The position numbers were made by a program, and so were the translations under genes. From positions 1 to 64,000 of the forward strand of contig JBGANF010000013.1 in the NCBI GenBank assembly GCA_044222475.1: a DNA stretch of 64,000 nucleotides, in the 5' to 3' direction. The stretch's first letter is position 1; each line of letters opens with the position of its first letter. Positions 19,721-26,581 of this stretch are shown here, one piece after another. Origin of the DNA: Polyangiaceae bacterium (GTDB taxonomy: Bacteria; Myxococcota_A; Polyangia; Polyangiales; Polyangiaceae). The notes under the pieces are model-generated. The model saw only the letters and a list, made by a program, of their open reading frames with translations, searched no databases and was not told the origin of the DNA.

Positions 19721-20328
19721 CGTACGTCTCCTTCTGCGTTGCCAAATCCGTGTTCGAGCTCGCCGAACGTCTCGCGCCCTAGGCGCACGAGATCGACCGT
19801 CGCTCCACCTTGCAGCCACTCGCGGAGCGTCGCGCGTACCGCGCCGACGACCGCCGAGGCGCGGACGCGCGCTCGGCGGCGCGCGCGCGGCGTCGCATCG
19901 CCGGCGAGGAACGCCTCGAAGATCGCATCCTCGCTGCCGCGGTCGAGCTCGAGCTCGCGGCCCAAGAGCGCGGGCTCGGACTGGATGATCGTCCACTGCG
20001 CGAGCATGTGCGCGCGGTCGTCTTCGTACACGCGCGCGACCGCGAGGCACGCGCGCTTCACGGTGGCGAACGGCGTCTCACCAGCGCGCGGCGCGAGGAG
20101 CGCGCGAAGCTGGGCGAGGCGCTCGGCGTGAACCGGGAAGACGAGCTCTTCCTTGCTGGCGAAGTATCGAAACGCGGTGCGACGCGACAGGCCCGCGCGA
20201 GCCGCGACGTCGTCCATGGTCGTCCTCGCGTACCCGTTGGCTGCGAAGAGCGCGAAAGCTGCATCGACCAGCGCAGCTCGCCGGTCCTTCGTGTTCGTCT
20301 CGCGCAGTCCGACGTCGACCGACTCCAT
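19717..20328 (-). CDS. TetR/AcrR-family regulator
   Basis: HTH GYARTTMDDVAARAGLSRRTAFRYFASKEELV. Confidence 0.9.
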   Translation of the reverse strand: MESVDVGLRETNTKDRRAALVDAAFALFAANGYARTTMDDVAARAGLSRRTAFRYFASKEELVFPVHAERLAQLRALLAPRAGETPFATVKRACLAVARVYEDDRAHMLAQWTIIQSEPALLGRELELDRGSEDAIFEAFLAGDATPRARRRARVRASAVVGAVRATLREWLQGGATVDLVRLGRETFGELEHGFGNAEGDVR

Positions 20329-20335
20329 GCAGAGG

Positions 20336-20391
20336 AGTCTACGGTGCACGGCACTGAGTGTCAAAATAAAACGGCACCAAGTGCCAAAATA
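20336..20391 (-). promoter_or_regulatory. Sigma70 promoter (TTGACA-17-TAGACT) overlapped by tandem palindromic TetR-type operators
   Basis: -35 at 20364-20359, -10 at 20341-20336. Repeats ACGGCACTGAGTGTCAAAATA (20348-20368) and ACGGCACCAAGTGCCAAAATA (20371-20391). Confidence 0.8.
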
Positions 20392-20499
20392 GGGAGGCGC
20401 TCGGCGCCAACTCAGATGGCTTGCTCACCCTATGGTTGGCACCCGCCATCGAGGGGAGTCAGATTCCTTCGATGGATCCTCGGGCACGACGCTTGCTGG

Positions 20500-20988
20500 A
20501 TGACGACGATGGTGATTCGTCGCTGGTGGATCAGCACGGTGGTTCTCGTCGCCGTCGCTTGCGGGGCGGTCGTCCCTCCGGAGGACACACCGTGTCCGTC
20601 GGCGCCGTTCCGCGAAGCGGGTTTCGATTGGAGTTGCACCGGCCACGCCCAATGCGAGTACCGCGCGCCGCGGATGTTCGGCTTGACGACGGAAGATCCG
20701 ATCAATCCGCTTCGTTGCTGGTGCGAGAACGGCGGTTGGATCTGCGCGCAGACCGCGATGGGGTTGTCGCCTCCGCCGCGCCCGGTGTGCCCCGAAGACC
20801 TCGTCGAGGGCGCGGGCTGCGTCTGGATCGACGGAGGCGTCGACCGAACGCAGCGCGCACGCAACGCGGAGTGCCTCGTGCTCGGGCCTCGCGCATCGCT
20901 CGACGCCGGAGTCGTCGACGGGAAGTCATGTGCGTGCGACTACCCCGGACCGAAGTGGCGATGCGTCCCCGTCGAGACGTTGAAGTAG
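20500..20988 (+). CDS. Cys-rich hypothetical lipoprotein
   Basis: VVLVAVAC lipobox; two CPx..CxCxxxxWxC modules. Alternative start at 20509. Confidence 0.65.
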   Translation: MTTMVIRRWWISTVVLVAVACGAVVPPEDTPCPSAPFREAGFDWSCTGHAQCEYRAPRMFGLTTEDPINPLRCWCENGGWICAQTAMGLSPPPRPVCPEDLVEGAGCVWIDGGVDRTQRARNAECLVLGPRASLDAGVVDGKSCACDYPGPKWRCVPVETLK

Positions 20989-21018
20989 GCGGTTCTGCGC
21001 TCGAGTGAGAAAGCCTCG

Positions 21019-21128
21019 ATTTCAAACGAACGCCTTTACCGATTTGGCTACCGAGGCAGGGGTTGCAATGGGCGCGGGGAGCGCAGTGCCTCGAGTCGGA
21101 CTCGAACCGACAAACTTTCGTTCCCTAA
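21019..21128 (-). tRNA. Circularly permuted tRNA gene (3' half upstream of 5' half; Leu-like body with short variable loop; anticodon ambiguous GAG/GAA/AGG/GGG)
   Basis: Minus strand: 3' half ACGAA-AGTTT-GTCGG TTCGAGT CCGAC-TCGAGGC-A (21121-21087), then a 29-nt linker, then 5' half GCCTCGG-TA-GCC AAATCGGTAAA GGC-G-TTCGT (21057-21026). Acceptor and anticodon stems pair across the halves. Confidence 0.8.
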
Positions 21129-21210
21129 TTGATTGCGTGTAGGGCTTGCTCGGGGAGCCCGAGAACCTGCCACCACCCACGGCCGCCGGGCGCCGATCCT
21201 GACGCGCTCA

Positions 21211-23841
21211 TCATCGCGCGCGGCGGCGCGAAATGAGCCCGAGCAGCGCCGCCAGCGCGGGCAGCCCGAAGAGCCAGCCGCTCGGCGACGTCCCCGGCGC
21301 GCTGCAGCCGCAGCCGCCGGCCGTCGTGAGCGTGCCATCGGGCTTGCCGCGGATCAGCGCCGACGTCTGGCTCGCGACGTTGCCCTCTTCGTCTTTCACC
21401 TCGACGGTGACCGACGAAGCATTCGCGACGATCGCGCTCGCGATCGGACGCACCGCGCTCCAGTCGCTCCAGGCGCCGCCGTCGACGCGCGAGCGCATCA
21501 CGAGCGCCCCATCGTCGGAGACGATGTCCCACGCTTTCACCGCGATGTCCCCCGAGTCCATCGCCTCGAACGACACGAACGGAGCGAGCGCGTCGATCGT
21601 GAACGGCACGTCGGCCGGCGCGGTCGTCTCCGACTCGGGCACGCCCTGCACGCGCGCATGGACGTGCAGCACGTGCTTGCCTTGGAGGAACAGCGCATCG
21701 TTCTTGATGACGAAGGACTTCTCCGTCGACCACGCGCTGCGCGTGCCCTGATCGATCGCGTAGCTGTACTCGACCGTTCCGACGCTCGACGACGAGACCG
21801 CGACGGCGAGCTCGGGCAGCTTCGCGCGATCCGCCGTCGCGAGGCTCATCGCCTCGGGGTGAACCGTCTTCGACGTGATCGTCGCCTTCACGTCGGCCTG
21901 CTGCAGCGCGTTGCCCTTCGCGAGCGCGAGGTTGGCGAAGATCGCGAGGAAGTCGTCGTTGCCTTTGGTGAGCTTGCGGATGCCACCGTCGGGGATCGTC
22001 ATCCCGAGGCCGAACGACGCGAGGCTCGTGGACAGATCGATCGGCTTCAGGTTGCCGAGCGCCTGGCCGAGGATGCTCCCGAAGAGCGGACCGATCGCGT
22101 TCTTCACGACCTCGGGGTCGTCGGTCAGTACGTCCGAGTTGGTGACCTTCGGGTTCTGCACGCCGATGTCGCCGAGCACCGGCAGGAGTCCGCCGTTCGG
22201 GTTCTTCTGCGGATCGACGGCGGTCGACAAGTTGATCGGCACAGTGAGGTCGCCGGTGAACGTCATCGCGCGAATGAAGCGATCCATGCTCCACACGTAG
22301 AAGTCGACCGAGAAACCGTTGAGCTGAACGAGCATCAGCGGATCCGCCTTGATGTCGGTTCCGCCGCCGAGCTTCACGGTCGGCGGGCTCTGCGGGCGAG
22401 TCGTGATGGCGACCGGCGCCGCCTTCTGCTCGAACGTGAGCTTCTTCATGCCGGGGATGAGCACCGACAAGAGGCCGCTCTGCAGCTGCGCGAACTGCTC
22501 GGTCGAGATCCCGAGGCACAGGAAACCCGAGTTGTAGACGCTCCCGAACATGTAGTTCAGGTAGCGGCCCGCGAGCGCGACCCCGAGCATCGGACCGGCG
22601 GGATCCTTCCACGGCGAGACCGTGTTCGAGAGCATCTCGTCGGGGATCGGAATCCCGGTCGGGATCTTGTTGTCGAACGCCGGCACGCACCCGCTCTGCG
22701 GGACGGGCTTGCCGCCGCCGAGGAACGCGAGCGTCATGCCGTTCTTCGTCTGGCCGTTGACGTCGGGAGCTTCCTTCACGCCGGGCGCGGTGGACGGGAC
22801 CATGTCGCCGCCGGCGGCGAACACGAAGTCGAGGCCGCCCTCGGAGCCGGGCGAGACGCTCGCGAGGAACCCCGCCAGGTCGATGTTTCCATCGAGCCCG
22901 AGCAGCGCCGGCACGCACGTTCCGGGCTTCGACGTGTACTCGCACGTCTTGCCGTCGGTCGAGACCTGCGAGCCGGTCGGGCACTGCGGGTTCACGTTCT
23001 TGTTCGGCGCGGTGCACGTCGAGCTCTTGAGCGTGTCCTTCAGCGTCTTCACCAGCGGCGTCGTGAGCTGGCCCGCGATGAAGCCCTTCACCGCGCTCAG
23101 GAAGCCGTTGCAGACCGGCGTGAAGAACCCGCACGACTTGCAGAACTGGATCTTGTTGTTGTCGATCGCCGGCTTGATCACCGCGTTGTCGACGTCGATC
23201 TTGGTGTAGCCGTCGCGCGGGCTCACGTTCTCGGAGACGAGCGGGAGGATGACCTCGATCGGCAGCGCCCAGAAGTCGGCGTTCGGCGTGCCGCCGTTGC
23301 AGCTGCCTTCGCCGACGCCGATGTTCACGTTGCCGAGGACGCTCACGTCGACCGGGAGATCCCGAACGCGAATCGGGATCGTGCCTTCGATGCGAACGGC
23401 GGGCAGGCCGCCGGCGGTCGCGTAGTTCGCAGCGTCGACGTGGAGCTTCGCGTTGCCGAGCTGGATCTCCGCGCGACAGGTCGGCGGGTTCGCGTTCGGG
23501 TTCGGACCGCCGGGGCAGACGTGCACGTGGACGTCGACGCCGAGGAACGACGCGACCACCGTGTCGCCGCCGTCGGGGATGTCGAAGTTGAGCACGCCGT
23601 TCGACGAGTTCGGCACGAGCTTGCTCGCGACCGTGCCGATGTTCGTCCCGAGGAAATCTAGCCCGGAGCGCGTGACGCGGACCGACGCCGCGTTGGTGAT
23701 CGTGTCCGCCTTGGGGAACCCGCCGGGGAGCGGCTTGGTCCCGCAGCTCGAGCACCCGCTCGAGCATCCACCGCCGCTGCAGGCGACGATCAGGGTGACA
23801 AAGAGCACTGCGGCAAGCTGCCGCCATATCGAACGAAGCAT
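21211..23841 (-). CDS. Large surface lipoprotein with a MYXO-CTERM sorting tail
   Basis: LIVAC lipobox; C-terminal GGCGCS-hydrophobic-RRRAR. Confidence 0.8.
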   Translation of the reverse strand: MLRSIWRQLAAVLFVTLIVACSGGGCSSGCSSCGTKPLPGGFPKADTITNAASVRVTRSGLDFLGTNIGTVASKLVPNSSNGVLNFDIPDGGDTVVASFLGVDVHVHVCPGGPNPNANPPTCRAEIQLGNAKLHVDAANYATAGGLPAVRIEGTIPIRVRDLPVDVSVLGNVNIGVGEGSCNGGTPNADFWALPIEVILPLVSENVSPRDGYTKIDVDNAVIKPAIDNNKIQFCKSCGFFTPVCNGFLSAVKGFIAGQLTTPLVKTLKDTLKSSTCTAPNKNVNPQCPTGSQVSTDGKTCEYTSKPGTCVPALLGLDGNIDLAGFLASVSPGSEGGLDFVFAAGGDMVPSTAPGVKEAPDVNGQTKNGMTLAFLGGGKPVPQSGCVPAFDNKIPTGIPIPDEMLSNTVSPWKDPAGPMLGVALAGRYLNYMFGSVYNSGFLCLGISTEQFAQLQSGLLSVLIPGMKKLTFEQKAAPVAITTRPQSPPTVKLGGGTDIKADPLMLVQLNGFSVDFYVWSMDRFIRAMTFTGDLTVPINLSTAVDPQKNPNGGLLPVLGDIGVQNPKVTNSDVLTDDPEVVKNAIGPLFGSILGQALGNLKPIDLSTSLASFGLGMTIPDGGIRKLTKGNDDFLAIFANLALAKGNALQQADVKATITSKTVHPEAMSLATADRAKLPELAVAVSSSSVGTVEYSYAIDQGTRSAWSTEKSFVIKNDALFLQGKHVLHVHARVQGVPESETTAPADVPFTIDALAPFVSFEAMDSGDIAVKAWDIVSDDGALVMRSRVDGGAWSDWSAVRPIASAIVANASSVTVEVKDEEGNVASQTSALIRGKPDGTLTTAGGCGCSAPGTSPSGWLFGLPALAALLGLISRRRAR

Positions 23842-23914
23842 CGAGGCCTCCGCGCGCGCGCGCCGTCTTGATGTTCTGTTCTAGCGCACTCGCCGTTCGG
23901 CGTCAGTAACCGCT

Positions 23915-25606
23915 CTACCGCTCCGCGTGGGCGCCTCCGAGAGCGCTCGCGAGGCTGCGAGCGCTGGCTCCGCCGACGACAACGAGGCGATCGGGCGCGA
24001 CGGCGCGTTCGTGGACGAACGAGACCAAGAGTCCCGGTAGCGGCGGACGGCAGAAACACCGGGGCGCTCCGCCGCCGTGACGGCAGAGCCGGAGGTCGAC
24101 CGGCGCGCCGACCCGCTGCGCGAGCGCGTCGGCGAGCGCCGTCGCCATGCTCTCGCTCAGCTCGGGTGCCCAGCCGAAGATCGTCCACGCGTCCGCGGTT
24201 CGCGGCTCGACGTCTCGGAGGGCGTCCAGGTGCACGGCCACCCCAGAGCGCGTTCGTTCGGCACGAGGTGTGGGCGCCGCATCCCACGTCTCGATCGCGT
24301 CGAAGCCTTCTTCCTCGCGCGGGTGCTCCATCTCGCGATGGGCGCGCATCTGCACGAGCGGAGCGACCACGGCCGGATCGCGCGACCGCGCGATCTCCTC
24401 CGGATCGAGGAGCCGCCCGAAGCGCGCGAGCATCCGCTCGCACAGCCGCACCTGCGCGACGGGCAGCGGTGTCGCCACGTGCACGCAGCGCACGCGGGCG
24501 GCGTGACGCTTCGCGACGTCCACCACGTCGGCCCGCTGGGCGCGCGCGAGGTACGTGTTGTCGAGCACGACCTTCGTGGCGCCCGCGGCGAGTCGCTCGT
24601 CGAGGCGCTCGGCGATTTGGCGCAGCGTTCCGCCGTGCTCGTCGCGGTTCAGCCGCTCGTACCCGCGGGTCAGGAAGTCGCCGACGGCGGTGCTCTTCCC
24701 CGCGCCCTGGATCCCGATGAGCAGTACCACGTCGGTACCGTCGCGCCCGGGCACCACGGCGCGCGGCGCGCGGCGCAGACCGCGCCACTCGGTGTCGAGC
24801 TGCTCGAGATCCTCGGCGTCGAGCTCGAGCGCGAGCGCGCGGGCCGCGTCGAGCACCGACTCGACGCGTCGAGCGCCGACGAGCGGCACGACGCGACCCG
24901 GCAAGCTCGCGAGGTACGCGAGGAACACTGCCGCGGGGCTCGCGCCGCGGCGCTTCGCGATCGCCGCGAGCATCGGGTGCTTTCGAAGCCGCGGAGCGCG
25001 CTTCGGGCTTCCCAGCGGCGTGTGGGCGAGCACGGTGATGCCGCGTCGCGCGCAGAGCTCCACGATGCCGCTTCGCGCCGCGGCGTCGTCGTAGGCGCCG
25101 AGCGCGATCTCGATCGCGCTGATCGGCGCGAGATCGCACGCGGCCTCGAGGTCCGCGAGGGTCGGGTTGGAGAGCCCGATCGCCCGCGCCGTACCGTCTT
25201 CGCGGAGCGCGTCGAGCGCGCGCACGGTCGTCGCCCACGCGGTCTTTCGGTCGGGGGCGTGGTTCAGGAGCAGATCGATCGGCGCACCGAGGACCTCTGC
25301 GCTCGCAGCGGCTTGCTCGCGGATCAGCTTCGCGCGTCCGTCCGGGATCCATGCGCCGCCGTCGCGTCGCATGCCGACCTTCGTCACGACCGTGATCGCC
25401 CTCCGTCGTGACGGCCTCCGGGCGAGCGCGTCGGCCACGAGGCGCTCGTTGTGACCGAGGTCGCCCTCCGAGAGCCCGTACGCCCGTGCGGTGTCGAGAA
25501 ATGTGTACCCTGCATCGATCGCGGCGACGATGACCGCTGCGCCGCGCTCCTCGTTGCGCGTCGCCTCGGTCGAGAGGCGCATGCACCCGAGACCGAGCGC
25601 CTTCAC
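23915..25606 (-). CDS. Aldo/keto reductase fused to a P-loop (polynucleotide-kinase-like, AAA_33) domain and a degenerate HAD/GmhB-like tail
   Basis: GTG overlaps the M23 stop. AKR motifs LGLGCM, DTARAYG, TKVG, IGLSN; then GIQGAGKST, LNRDE, VVLDNT; then CRH...CFCRPPLPG. Confidence 0.8.
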   Translation of the reverse strand: MKALGLGCMRLSTEATRNEERGAAVIVAAIDAGYTFLDTARAYGLSEGDLGHNERLVADALARRPSRRRAITVVTKVGMRRDGGAWIPDGRAKLIREQAAASAEVLGAPIDLLLNHAPDRKTAWATTVRALDALREDGTARAIGLSNPTLADLEAACDLAPISAIEIALGAYDDAAARSGIVELCARRGITVLAHTPLGSPKRAPRLRKHPMLAAIAKRRGASPAAVFLAYLASLPGRVVPLVGARRVESVLDAARALALELDAEDLEQLDTEWRGLRRAPRAVVPGRDGTDVVLLIGIQGAGKSTAVGDFLTRGYERLNRDEHGGTLRQIAERLDERLAAGATKVVLDNTYLARAQRADVVDVAKRHAARVRCVHVATPLPVAQVRLCERMLARFGRLLDPEEIARSRDPAVVAPLVQMRAHREMEHPREEEGFDAIETWDAAPTPRAERTRSGVAVHLDALRDVEPRTADAWTIFGWAPELSESMATALADALAQRVGAPVDLRLCRHGGGAPRCFCRPPLPGLLVSFVHERAVAPDRLVVVGGASARSLASALGGAHAER

Positions 25607-26553
25607 TCCGCGATGCCGACGAAGTCTTCTGCTCGGAAGGGGAGGCTCAGCCGCGGCGCTCGGGCGTGGACCTCGCCGTAGATGGGCGGCTTTCCGTCGA
25701 AGCGCGTCGGGTAGTAGTTGCGCTGGAACATCAGGTTCATCGCGCGGACGGGGAGATCGAGCTCGGACCGCAGCTCTTCGCGCACCCGGAAATGCTTGCA
25801 GTGTGCAATCGCATCGTCGAGCGCGCGCTCGCTGAAGACGCTGGGCGTGAACGGCTCGTCCTCGACGCCGCGCGGTGGCTCGGGTTGGTTGCCCTCGCGC
25901 CACATCGGCGTCTCGCCCGCGATCGCGAACGGGTCGACGTACTCGCCGTCGAGCCACACGTTGAAGTGGACGTGCGGCGGGCTCCACGGAAAGGCCATGA
26001 AGCCGTCGATCCCGGAGTACCCCGACAGCGCGATGGGCTCCCCGCGTCGCACGCGGTCGCCGACCTTCACGAGCGAGCGCGCGAGGTGGTTCGACGTGGT
26101 CACGAGCCCCGCGCCGTGATCGAGGAAGACCTTGAGCCCGCCGCGATTGAACTCGCTCGAGATGCGGAGGACCACCGCCGGGGCCGGTGCGACCACGACG
26201 GTCCCAACCGGGATCACGAAGTCCGTCCCGTTGTGGCTGTCGTACGTGCGGTCGCCGCCGCGCCAGTCGCGGACCTGGGTCTTGCGTACCGACCACCCGG
26301 CGTCGAGGGGGGTGGGCGTGCGGTTGAAGTAGTTGCTGATCGGGATGCGCCGATCGCGGCGGCGCGATCCGGCCCAGGTCTTCACGCTGAGCCAGGGCTT
26401 GAGCACCCCGAGGCTCGTGACGTCGAACTTGGTCGGCGGAACGCTCGAGTCTCCGCGGATCGCGAGCCACGCTTCGCGCGCGCGCACGGGCAGCGGATCG
26501 AGCCCGAAGGTTTCCTTGATCGAGATTCGCTTGCTTTCGGTTCGTGTGCGCAT
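25603..26553 (-). CDS. M23-family metallopeptidase
   Basis: HNGTD and HVH zinc motifs; VKVGDRVRRGEPIALSG. Confidence 0.88.
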   Translation of the reverse strand: MRTRTESKRISIKETFGLDPLPVRAREAWLAIRGDSSVPPTKFDVTSLGVLKPWLSVKTWAGSRRRDRRIPISNYFNRTPTPLDAGWSVRKTQVRDWRGGDRTYDSHNGTDFVIPVGTVVVAPAPAVVLRISSEFNRGGLKVFLDHGAGLVTTSNHLARSLVKVGDRVRRGEPIALSGYSGIDGFMAFPWSPPHVHFNVWLDGEYVDPFAIAGETPMWREGNQPEPPRGVEDEPFTPSVFSERALDDAIAHCKHFRVREELRSELDLPVRAMNLMFQRNYYPTRFDGKPPIYGEVHARAPRLSLPFRAEDFVGIAE

Positions 26554-26581
26554 CGCCGGGTGCCGTGTACAGTAGCCGAAG

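Noticed and set aside
21019..21128. Two-piece (permuted) tmRNA
   Set aside because: No G3-U70 alanine identity, a full D-arm is present, and there is no room for a tag reading frame or pseudoknots.
20988..21210. Permuted group I intron around the tRNA halves, or a prophage att remnant
   Set aside because: The flanks (~35 and ~80 nt) are too short for a group I core. No integrase is nearby, and att scars normally leave one fragment rather than both complementary halves in swapped order.
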